A stretch of 63,945 nt of DNA, the filler included, from Octopus bimaculoides (taxonomy: Eukaryota): NCBI RefSeq assembly GCF_001194135.2. It is 7 parts of 6 records of this genome, joined end to end, with 100 filler letters (N's around TTAATTAATTAA, not from the genome) between each part and the next. Parts side by side here need not be neighbours in the genome. Positions count along the whole stretch, not along the records: positions 1 to 21,484 come from NC_068985.1; 6 more parts are not named here. One strand, given 5' to 3'. This document shows positions 1-10,090 of the stretch, piece by piece; position 1 is the first letter of the stretch; each line of letters opens with the position of its first letter. The position numbers and the translations under genes are program-made. Under the pieces are notes generated by a model. The model was not told the DNA's origin. It saw only the letters and a program-made list of their open reading frames with translations, and ran no database searches.

Positions 1-1205
1 AATAGTTTGACTCCATCTGACATCAAAGACCTAAGAAACGCCTTAGCTAAAGTACAAGCTGACTCTTCAGACAATGGTTACCAGAAAATTGCTTCTTATC
101 ACGGAATGCCTCTCAGTTGTCACTATCCCAATGGCACAGCTTACGCATGTTGTCAACATGGAATGGTAACTTTCCCTCACTGGCATAGATTGTTAGTTAA
201 ACAGATGGAAGACGCTTTAGTTGCTCATGGCTCTCACACTGGTATTCCCTACTGGGACTGGACAACTACTTTCGCTAATTTACCTGTACTGGTCACTGAG
301 AAGGAAAACAACCCCTTCCACCATGCTCATATCGATGTTGCCAATAAAAATACAACCAGAGCACCGAGAGCTCAACTTTTTGATGATCCAGAAAAATGAG
401 ATAAATCATTCTTCTATCGCCAGGTAGCACTTGCTCTGGAACAAACAGATTTCTGTGATTTTGAAATCCAGTTCGAAATCGGTCACAATGCTATTCATTC
501 TTGGGTTGGAGGTAGTAGTCCATATGGTATGTCAACCCTTCACTATACTTCCTATGATCCTCTCTTCTACCTTCATCACTCCAATACTGATCGTATTTGG
601 TCTGTATGGCAAGCATTGCAGAAGTATCGAGGATTGCCTTACAACTCTGCCAACTGTGAAATCAATAAACTTGCTAAGCCACTGAAGCCGTTCAATTTGG
701 ATANNNNNNNNNNNNNNNNNNNNNNNNNNNNNNNNNNNNNNNNNNNNNNNNNNNNNNNNNNNTTACAAAGGCTCATTCAACTGGCAAAACAACTTTCGAT
801 TACCATGATCTTGGTTATGATTATGACAATCTTAATTTCCACGGTATGACCATTCCTGAATTGGAAGAACACCTTCAAGAAATACAACATGAAGACAGAA
901 TATTTGCTGGTTTCTTACTTCGTACCATTGGTCAATCTGCTGATGTCAATTTCGACATCTGCACCAAAGATGGTGATTGTGCTTTTGGAGGTACGTTCTG
1001 TATTCTCGGTGGAGAACATGAGATGTTCTGGGCATTTGACCGTCTTTTTAAATATGATATCACCACAAGTTTGAAACAACTGCGTTTAGATGCTCATGAT
1101 GATTTCGATATAAAGGTTACCATTCAAGGTATCGATGGTCATACCTTACCAGCAAGCTATTTCTCTCCCCCTACAGTTTTCTTCTCTCCAAGCAAACATC
1201 ATTAA
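1..1205 (+). CDS. Molluscan hemocyanin, C-terminal functional unit g (5'-partial; in-frame TGA at 397-399; N gap at 704-762)
   Basis: Frame 1 from base 1 reads [12 protein letters not shown]...ASYHGMP...[14 protein letters not shown] (CuA His plus the Cys-His thioether motif) ...GIPYWDW...[38 protein letters not shown]...[13 protein letters not shown] (CuB His). After the gap it resumes TKAHSTG...[13 protein letters not shown]...[11 protein letters not shown]...SKHH* (TAA 1203-1205). By recollection this is very close to Octopus FU-g. The gene ends at FU-g with no FU-h tail, as in cephalopods. Confidence 0.96.
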
Positions 1206-1279
1206 CATGTTCTTATCATGTACTTGATTAAATCTGCATAATTTTTTCTCGTTCTTGATGTACTTTGTTCTTTTTATTC

Positions 1280-1285
1280 AATAAA
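1280..1285 (+). terminator. Candidate polyadenylation signal of the hemocyanin gene
   Basis: AATAAA 75 nt after the stop codon, followed by a T/GT-rich tract (about 1302-1345). Confidence 0.6.
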
Positions 1286-3429
1286 GGATATCTCAAGCAT
1301 GTAATTTGTTTTTCTACTTACTTCCAATTTTTTGTTTAAGAATACTCTTTTCACTTTTTTTTTGCATGACTTTACAGCGCCATCGACATGAAATTGCATA
1401 ACCATTTCTTATTCCGTATAATTACTTTTGCTTTGGGTCTTTAAATTTCCGTCTTTAAACTTTAGCACTGCTCCTCGATTTTATAGTCGACAATCTAAAA
1501 CATCCTATTTTTAAAGGAATATATTCTGAAGTACGGTTACAATATTCAAGGACGTAGAACTGAGTGAAAATTTAGATACGTGCGTACTTTTGTGAATTCC
1601 CCTCCTTTTGAGATAAGTTTAAATACCATCTTGGTCTGTTTAATGTCAAAAAAAATTTGTATTTTGTTATATCAAAGACTGTCGAGAGCGTTCCTTTTAT
1701 TGGAACTTTTTCTCATAATGTCTCAAGAAAAGTTTAGTAGACAGCATCAGTTGTAATGCAAGGCATCTCTTTGCCAATGACTTAGCCAAATTATAAAGCT
1801 ACGATATTTGCAGTCATTGGATTTTAAACGATTAGTCTTACACACCTTCCTGTCGGCACACACATTTTTGCTCATCTCATCGCTCGTCAGACCTTACTTT
1901 AACCATATACTTAATCTTTATTTCTGAAATGTCCACCCACTTCATTCTCCTTCCTTCCCACATTTTCCTGCAAACGTTGACTTATATCAACAGTATCAAA
2001 CTCAGCACTGTTGGACAGGCTATGAAGCCCATTATCACTACCCTTCGTTCTTGTCTGTAGTATTAAAATTATTGACGCTCACTTAATACTAAAGTTGAAA
2101 AATAACCAGATGTGTTTTCTCACATTTTTAACTGCTCATATGTTATGGGTCTGTGACTCGCTATTAAGAACCAAGACACTATATTAATCAATATAACCAT
2201 ATATTTTCCTCAAGAAATTCCAATAAAATTATTCAGTTACTCCCTTTATTTCTATTCACTTTTTAGTCCTGTTACCATTTTATAATTTTCTAAAAAGAAA
2301 AAAAGCAGAGTTTATTATTAATAACAACCAGAATATCCTACTTAATGTTGCATTCTGTAAGAAATCTTAATATTGTGGTATTCGTCTTTGAGGAAATATA
2401 TTTTTTTAGACGCGTAGCATTAAAAAGTACAGAAACAGCAGCAACTGACGAAAATATGCAGCACTAGCGGCAGAACTAGCAGGTCACGTAATTTCTACCT
2501 AGTTGCATGCCATCAGCAGTAGGTATCCACTATCACTGAAAACAGTGATTGATTGGTCTCTGGTGCCGAAAACAGCTGGTGGGCTGGCCAAAAATCAGTT
2601 ATTAGCGACGAAAATAGCATCAGTACCGAATAGAAATCTTTGTTTCCTACTTAACGTGAATATACTTTAAGAGCGCCATAATACTGCGATATTCACCTTG
2701 AGAAATCCTCTCATATAGACGTATTGCTAAGAACCACAGAAATATCGGTAGCAAACGAATAGTGTCTAGTCCTTTTCTGTCGACTTAAGAGAAGCAAAAC
2801 TACTTCCACTCGAATTCAACACTAACTACTACACCTAGTTCTTCCTCCATAATATCGACCTTCCAGAACTCGCTGGACATATTCTTTCACCCATCAACTT
2901 ACAATTTATCCCAAAGGAACATTAACCGCGTCAGACTAACCAATTACAGAGAATCTGCGAAGAAGATAGTTACAGTTTTTCGTCCAAAGTAAACTGAATA
3001 ACAGATTTTTAAAATGGAATAAAAATTTATAAAACCAAGGTCGTAATTAAAATTTTGAGAAAAAGAAATAAGAAATTTAGATCTTTTCCTATCGGTGCAG
3101 TATTTAAAAATTACATGTAGAATGCCTTTTCATGAATGTATTAAATATATTAATTTTATCTAATAGAAAAGATGTAAACATTCTTAAAACATATAGCAAT
3201 AACTCTAAAATAATGAAAATCAGCTACCATAACAAAAGGATCATTAGGAAATTCTTTAAAAATAAATATTTTCTAAAAATATAAGTATCATACATTTAAT
3301 AGATGGATAAGCTGCCATCGCTTACTTGGGCATTTTTTTAATGAAAAAAGATGGAATGGTCACAATAGCAGCGAAGAACCATTAACAGTAAAGAAACATT
3401 TAAAGTGAAGAATTCTCAACGATAAAGAA

Positions 3430-4135
3430 ACATTTAGACTAAGCAATATTATGTGTAAACAAGTATTCACTGGAAAGAAATATTGAATCTCAACTAGCAT
3501 TCACAGTTTAAAAAAACGATAACTAGTAACATCATCGGCAGAATACTATCGACTCACAATCCTAAAAACAATAAGGCATACAATGCCATTATACAAAACT
3601 TACCAATACTCACTAAGGATCCAAAAATGAACTACATCCTTAAAACACATAAATTCTTCAAAAAAGGAAAAAGCAACCCAAATCGCTGAAAAGGCTACTG
3701 ACAAATGCAAAGCTATATGCAACAACCACGAAAGTAATGGTTAAAAAACATGGGTGTCCAAATTGTGGAACATGCCCCAACCTACTGGAAGGTTCAGAAT
3801 TCCAATTCAAACAAGGATAGAGGTTCACAATAAAGACCACCTTCACTTGTACATCCGAGAATTTAATTAATGTTGTAAATTATTCAGGATGTGGACACGA
3901 CTATACAAGACAGACAAGTATGTCACTTAGACAGAGAACCACACTGCATAAGGAACAGATACGTTTCTCAAGGTATAGACAGATACCTTTGAGTGAAAAC
4001 ATAGAGAGATGTGCAGGGAATATCCAACCAAATTTTAGTCTTTCCCATCTACCAGTGCAAAGAAAGAATTTCTGTAGAAGAACGTTTGAATAAAGAAACT
4101 TCATTTATCTAAAAATACAGAACACGCCTAAATAT
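3430..4135 (+). mobile_element. Penelope-like element remnant (GIY-YIG endonuclease and Cys-rich linker)
   Basis: Broken frames read CPNCGTCPNLLEGSEF...FTCTSENLINVVNYSGCGHDYTRQTSMSLRQRTTLHKEQI...ERLNKETSFI. This is a degenerate NLIY...YIG...LR.R...H GIY-YIG signature with stops and frameshifts. Confidence 0.75.
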
Positions 4136-4388
4136 GAGCGAAGAAACAACTTTTGTCTCAGTATATGTTTTAATTCATGATCACATATCCATCTCTGTAC
4201 ATATTTCGTCTCACTGCTTTAGACCATGAGCTTTTGCTGTGTTTATTTATCACACTCAAGTCCCGAATAATAACTACCACCAGTTACCTCCCTGAGGGTT
4301 TTATACTTGTTAATTCATTCACAAACTTTCATACAAAGAACATGGACTAAAAACTTCTTAAGAAAATACAAAATCAAAATAATTTCAG

Positions 4389-4421
4389 TGTCATGATTAA
4401 CGAAAGCGAAATCGGTCGACA
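4389..4421 (+). ncRNA. Degenerate minimal type I hammerhead ribozyme motif
   Basis: tgtc-ATGATTA-ac gaaa gc-GAAA-tcgg-TC-gaca: stem I is tgtc/gaca, the core differs from CTGATGA at 2 positions, and stem III is a near-palindrome. It lies about 250 nt downstream of the Penelope endonuclease on the same strand. Confidence 0.55.
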
Positions 4422-5503
4422 ACCACAATACTCTTTCATTTAAAATATATTATATTAAAACTATGTAAACTGTGTGGATTTCTCTTCTTTTATTATATAT
4501 ATATATATCTTTCTTGCATTGCAACTTACTACATGGGGGGGGGGNNNNNNNNNNNNNNNNNNNNNNNNNNNNNNNNNNNNNNNNNNNNNNNNNNNNNNNN
4601 NNNNNNNNNNNNNNNNNNNNNNNNNNNNNNNNNNNNNNNNNNNNNNNNNNNNNNNNNNNNNNNNNNNNNNNNNNNNNNNNNNNNNNNNNNNNNNNNNNNN
4701 NNNNNNNNNNNNNNNNNNNNNNNNNNNNNNNNNNNNNNNNNNNNNNNNNNNNNNNNNNNNNNNNNNNNNNNNNNNNNNNNNNNNNNNNNNNNNNNNNNNN
4801 NNNNNNNNNNNNNNNNNNNNNNNNNNNNNNNNNNNNNNNNNNNNNNNNNNNNNNNNNNNNNNNNNNNNNNNNNNNNNNNNNNNNNNNNNNNNNNNNNNNN
4901 NNNNNNNNNNNNNNNNNNNNNNNNNNNNNNNNNNNNNNNNNNNNNNNNNNNNNNNNNNNNNNNNNNNNNNNNNNNNNNNNNNNNNNNNNNNNNNNNNNNN
5001 NNNNNNNNNNNNNNNNNNNNNNNNNNNNNNNNNNNNNNNNNNNNNNNNNNNNNNNNNNNNNNNNNNNNNNNNNNNNNNNNNNNNNNNNNNNNNNNNNNNN
5101 NNNNNNNNNNNNNNNNNNNNNNNNNNNNNTGCTCGGCGATAGCCAAGGAAGAAAAGGATTATTGACCGGAAGAATGTGACCATGCCGGTGTAAGGGGAAG
5201 AGAGAGAGTGGTAGCGGGAGAAACAAAGGGAGGAAGTAGAAGAATAGGTGAGCAACGAGAGGAAAAGAGGAAGAGAGGAAGTACGAGGGGGAAAAAGAGA
5301 TACGTAGTAGTAACAGAGGAAGAACAAGAGGGGTAAAGAGAGATACGTAGTAGTAAACAGAGGAAGAACGAGAGGGGGGAAATGATAGAGGAAGAGAAAG
5401 AGAACGAGAAAGAGATAGAGTAGCGTCAGAAAATATAAAGTTGCGATAACTACTTACAAATTGGTGACGCTGCGTTCGGTCATGTAAAAACAAATAGTAT
5501 GTG

Positions 5504-5504
5504 C

Positions 5505-5566
<62 letters not shown>

Positions 5567-5599
5567 ATATGCGTGCATGTATATATGTGTGTGTGTGTG

Positions 5600-5651
<52 letters not shown>

Positions 5652-5790
5652 GACAGAGAGATACAGAGAGAGACAGAGACAGAGAGAGAGAGACAGATAG
5701 AGAGACAGAGAGAGAGACAGAGAGAGAGAGACAGAGAGAGACACACAGAGAGAAACAGAGACAGAGAGACACACAGAGAGAAAGAAAGAA

Positions 5791-5828
<38 letters not shown>

Positions 5829-5829
5829 T

Positions 5830-5865
<36 letters not shown>
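5504..5865. repeat. Compound microsatellite (GT)n/(GA)n/(GACA)n/(GATA)n
   Basis: Directly visible. It is representative of dozens of similar tracts in the window that generate spurious low-complexity ORFs. Confidence 0.95.
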
Positions 5866-5867
<2 letters not shown>

Positions 5868-7134
5868 ACATTGTGACTGAGGATGCTGAATATTATCAAT
5901 ATTGCTAGAAATAAAAGTTAAGACACTTAAAGCTGCATAAGCAACATTTATATACACGGATAACTACCCCAAAAGGTAAAGCTCGAAAACCACTGGGCTA
6001 AACTAGTCTTGTCTGTTATTTGCAGACTCATCAGCAGTGTCTATTCCCATTTCTCGGATGGTTCAGCTAAAGCCCTCTGTCAGTATATATTTTATATATT
6101 TGCTATATAAAATTATAGCTGATTTATCGAAATGTTAATGTGTACACTAAAAATTAATATATGCAGTTGCACGCAATATAAAACCATAAAGGAAAAATTT
6201 AATCGTCACTAATTGTGAATAGCACCCATAGTGTTATATACATTTAGACCACCACGAAGTATATATAAATATATATCCGTTTATATATACATATGCATTT
6301 ATATATANNNNNNNNNNNNNNNNNNNNNNNNNNNNNNNNNNNNNNNNNNNNNNNNNNNNNNNNNNNNNNNNNNNNNNNNNNNNNNNNNNNNNNNNNNNNN
6401 NNNNNNNNNNNNNNNNNNNNNNNNNNNNNNNNNNNNNNNNNNNNNNNNNNNNNNNNNNNNNNNNNNNNNNNNNNNNNNNNNNNNNNNNNNNNNNNNNNNN
6501 NNNNNNNNNNNNNNNNNNNNNNNNNNNNNNNNNNNNNNNNNNNNNNNNNNNNNNNNNNNNNNNNNNNNNNNNNNNNNNNNNNNNNNNNNNNNNNNNNNNN
6601 NNNNNNNNNNNNNNNNNNNNNNNNNNNNNNNNNNNNNNNNNNNNNNNNNNNNNNNNNNNNNNNNNNNNNNNNNNNNNNNNNNNNNNNNNNNNNNNNNNNN
6701 NNNNNNNNNNNNNNNNNNNNNNNNNNNNNNNNNNNNNNNNNNNNNNNNNNNNNNNNNNNNNNNNNNNNNNNNNNNNNNNNNNNNNNNNNNNNNNNNNNNN
6801 NNNNNNNNNNNNNNNNNNNNNNNNNNNNNNNNNNNNNNNNNNNNNNNNNNNNNNNNNNNNNNNNNNNNNNNNNNNNNNNNNNNNNNNNNNNNNNNNNNNN
6901 NNNNNNNNNNNNNNNNNNNNNNNNNNNNNNNNNNNNNNNNNNNNNNNNNNNNNNNNNNNNNNNNNNNNNNNNNNNNNNNNNNNNNNNNNNNNNNNNNNNN
7001 NNNNNNNNNNNNNNNNNNNNNNNNNNNNNNNNNNNNNNNNNNNNNNNNNNNNNNNNNNNNNNNNNNNNNNNNNNNNNNNNNNNNNNNNNNNNNNNNNNNN
7101 NNNNNNNNNNNNNNNNNNNNNNNNNNNNNNNNNN

Positions 7135-7547
7135 TACAACAAGGCACCAAAATTTACTGGAAATTTTTGCTGGAAATTAATACATTTGTATTGAAATATT
7201 TTTCATTGATAACTTCTTCACTGTTCTCAGTTCTGTTAACGGCTGGGCGTTCGGGCGAGTATACTTGGCATTGATGTGGCAACATTTGAAATATTGTCTA
7301 GGTAAATGCAGCTGATGAGGACTGATCAGATTTACGTTGTGAAACGTATTTGAAGAGTCAGAAACCGGTGCTGCATTATCCAATTCCGGGTTGTCCATTT
7401 ATCGAATGTTCTTCCTAGAGGTAAGACAAATTTTCATGTTTGTTGCACACACACACATTTTTGCCAGTATATACGCAGTGAAGCTATACAATAGCGTCGT
7501 AATTGTATCGATTGCTATTTTCCAGTAAATATCGGTGCCTTGTTGTA
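7135..7547 (+). mobile_element. Non-coding foldback element with a central hammerhead-like motif
   Basis: Terminal inverted repeats 7135-7163 and 7519-7547 match at 27/29. The inner arms are degenerate inverted copies. The HHR-like motif at 7305-7377 is centred on the element midpoint (7341). Confidence 0.7.
7305..7377 (+). ncRNA. Type I hammerhead ribozyme-like motif with long stem II
   Basis: Stem I aatgcag/ctgcatt (7 bp); CTGATGA at 7312-7318; stem II gact..tcaga..tacgtt-GTGA-aacgta..tttga..agtc; GAAA at 7361-7364; palindromic ACCGGT stem III. Position 17 is G, which is non-permissive for cleavage. Confidence 0.7.
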
Positions 7548-7925
7548 CCACTCATCTGAATTTATATATATATATATATACCCTTATAGGGCTTTATTTT
7601 GCTGGAAATTNNNNNNNNNNNNNNNNNNNNNNNNNNNNNNNNNNNNNNNNNNNNNNNNNNNNNNNNNNNNNNNNNNNNNNNNNNNNNNNNNNNNNNNNNN
7701 NNNNNNNNNNNNNNNNNNNNNNNNNNNNNNNNNNNNNNNNNNNNNNNNNNNNNNNNNNNNNNNNNNNNNNNNNNNNNNNNNNNNNNNNNNNNNNNNNNNN
7801 NNNNNNNNNNNNNNNNNNNNNNNNNNNNNNNGGGAGAATGTACGAAAAAAAAACAACAACAAACGAGGACAGGTGGTGTAAACAACAAAAGGATGTATTA
7901 GTTTAACGCTCGGGAATACAGAAAG

Positions 7926-7962
7926 TCTTTAACGTTTCGAGCTACGTTCTTCAACAGAAAGA
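7926..7962 (-). ncRNA. Minimal hammerhead ribozyme-like motif
   Basis: Minus strand: tcttt-CTGTTGA-a-gaac gta gctc-GAAA-cg-TT-aaaga. Stem I is a perfect 5 bp, stem III lies in the AACGTT palindrome, and the core has A6>U. Confidence 0.6.
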
Positions 7963-8052
7963 ATACGGAGAAAACAAGGAGAAAAACACGGAGAAAAAAA
8001 TTGAATGGTTTGGTCAGCGATCTATTTAAAAAATATATAAAGATATATATAA

Positions 8053-8104
8053 TCATATCACGTGATTTCGGACCTTGTGGTAAAAACTTAGTATTCATCA
8101 GTAA
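8053..8104 (-). ncRNA. Hammerhead ribozyme-like motif (TCACGTGA stem III family)
   Basis: Minus strand: tta-CTGATGA-...ggtcc-GAAA-tcacgtga-TA-tga. The core is intact and ATCACGTGAT is a perfect palindrome; stem II is weak. Confidence 0.6.
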
Positions 8105-8294
8105 GTGTTACTGTCGAGTGCTAAATATAATCGCATCACCATATATGAATTGACCATTTGAATGAAGCGGCAAATTCAAAATGATCGTAGTTAATAGATT
8201 TTTTTCCAATATATAAAGATATTATTATTAATAACAAAAATAATAATATAAGTGGCTAGCAAGCATAAAATAACTATAAAGTTAAAATTATCAA

Positions 8295-8765
8295 TTTATA
8301 ATCAGGATACAAGATAGTTTACAGCTTCTGGATACAGGATAGTACACAGAATAGAAATAAGTGCCATTACGACTCAAAACCCACAGTTATCACTGGTGAA
8401 TTCGAAGAAACAAGTAAATATAAAGCCAACTTACCCATAGCAATTAAAAATCACAAATGAATTTGCAGGCGTACTTATATCACGTGATTTCGCACCCTGT
8501 GAGCATTATTGTGCTAAAAATTCTTGCGTAACCAGCCCTCTGCAGAAATACTCACTGATGAAAACTAAGTGTTTACCACAGGGTCCAAAATTATGTGATA
8601 TGAGAGCGTGTGTAAATTTGTTTGCACTTTTTAATTACTATGGGTAAGTTGGCTTTATATTTACTCGTTTCCTCGAGTGTGCACAAGTGATAACTGTATT
8701 TTTAGCCGTTATGACTCTTATTTCTAGCAATGCTGTGTACTATCTTGTACCCTGATTATAGAGTA
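8295..8765. repeat. Head-to-head inverted duplication of a hammerhead-bearing unit
   Basis: About 8295-8505 is the imperfect reverse complement of about 8575-8765 (e.g. taaatataaagccaacttacccatag / ctatgggtaagttggctttatattta). HHR-like motifs lie at about 8478-8535 (-, degenerate) and 8551-8604 (+), around the centre. Confidence 0.8.
8551..8604 (+). ncRNA. Degenerate hammerhead motif (same family as 8053-8104)
   Basis: ctca-CTGATGA-...ggtcc-AAAA-ttatgtga-TA-tgag. Stem I is ctca/tgag. The G12>A and C>T changes are consistent with CpG decay. Confidence 0.55.
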
Positions 8766-8856
8766 ATATATATATAATTGTTAAACAGGACAGCAAACAC
8801 TAAGGCAAGGCAAACATCTCAAGTTGTATACAATATTATTATAGGAAGAAATTCGA

Positions 8857-8914
8857 AATCTTACAGCTGTTTCTTGGATATCCCCGAGTATGAGATATTC
8901 CGTCATCAGAGACA
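8857..8914 (-). ncRNA. Hammerhead ribozyme motif (ACAGCTGT stem III family)
   Basis: Minus strand: tgtct-CTGATGA-c ggaatatc..gatatcc aa-GAAA-cagctg-TA-agatt. The core is intact, stem III is palindromic and the cleavage triplet is GUA. Confidence 0.7.
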
Positions 8915-9779
8915 AATAGAGACAAAATAGAGAAAATGAGAATGGTATATGTTAATAAGATGACGACATAGAGGAAGGGAGTAAAAGAATAAGGAGATGG
9001 GAAGAAAGAAGAAAAAAGAAGCATAAAAATTCATAATTCAACTTTCCGAAATTATAGAAACCAGAGCATGAGTCCTTAGGTGCAATCCTTCGTAGATCCA
9101 TGAGCGTAAGTCCTTAGGTGTAATCCTGCGTATATCCATGTGCATTAAAATCTTGATATAGTAGATATCTGGAGAAAAAAGACGCCAATGTATCAAAGTT
9201 CAATAACAGAATGGTAACGGAAGAGGCTATTAAGTGGTAAAAGTGAAGAAAACAAAATAAATAGAAAGGGAAATAGATAGAGTGAATGGAGGGATTTTAA
9301 GGACTGGCTATAGGATAAAGTAAGGTGCACAGGTGTGTGATGTCTAAGAATTGTGTACGGGGTATCCGAGAAGATAAGAGAGAAGATGAAGAGGTAGAGA
9401 AAGATAGGGTAAAATAATAGAGCAAAATGAAAGGAATTTAAAGAGAGTAGTAGATGTCTGGTAGTCTCAAAGTCTAAAGTTATTGGGGAGGAAATTTAGT
9501 AGTAATTGCTTGTGTCTGTTCTGGCTAAGGTTAGTGGCTGTAGAGTTATTTTTAGCAATGGGGTTCTGTGTATGTAGGCAGTTGAGAAACGAAGAGATAG
9601 TTGAATGTTAAATTATTCATGAGCGGGAGTTAGAGTTAGGGGGTTTATATTAGGGGATTTATTGAGCTAAGGTTCAAAAATAAATTAAGGATAAATTAAA
9701 GAATTAATAGTTATCGCATAGTGTGATGTGGTAAGGTAGATAGAAATGAGGTAAGTCATAAGAGTTAGAGAGATAAAGA

Positions 9780-10090
9780 AGGGGTGTGTGTTCTTACGCG
9801 TAGTGAAGGCCTCGTTGTATTATTAAGCAATTGTGGTGAGTTGTGTGTTCGAATTTTGAGAGCTTCTTTTAAGCAAAATCCATAAATAGAGTGTTAGCTC
9901 TGATATGGGGTATCCGAATCTATTATAACCCAGGAAAATTTATACTGAATTTTTCTATTAATTAGATGGTGTATGTGGCTGGCTAGTGATGTGGAATTGC
10001 TATTCTCCTTATATTTAAACGAGTTTAAATGTGCATAATACCTTTGTTTAAATTGGTACTAGAACCAATGTAGTAGCTACAGGAGTTATT
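9780..10090 (-). mobile_element. Penelope-like element GIY-YIG endonuclease remnant
   Basis: Minus strand: SYYIGSST / QFKQRYYAHLNSFKYKENSNSTSLASHIHHL...FSWVII...PYQS*...FCLKEALKIRTHNSPQLLN, with one frameshift. Confidence 0.75.

Noticed and set aside
704-762. Apparent frameshift in hemocyanin between the 529-849 and 846-1205 ORFs
   Set aside because: It falls across a 59-N gap where only about 15 nt of coding sequence is expected to be missing, so it is a gap-size artefact.
1865-1895. Minus-strand CTGACGA...AAAA hammerhead-like string
   Set aside because: Only a 2-bp stem II and no palindromic stem III or stem I.
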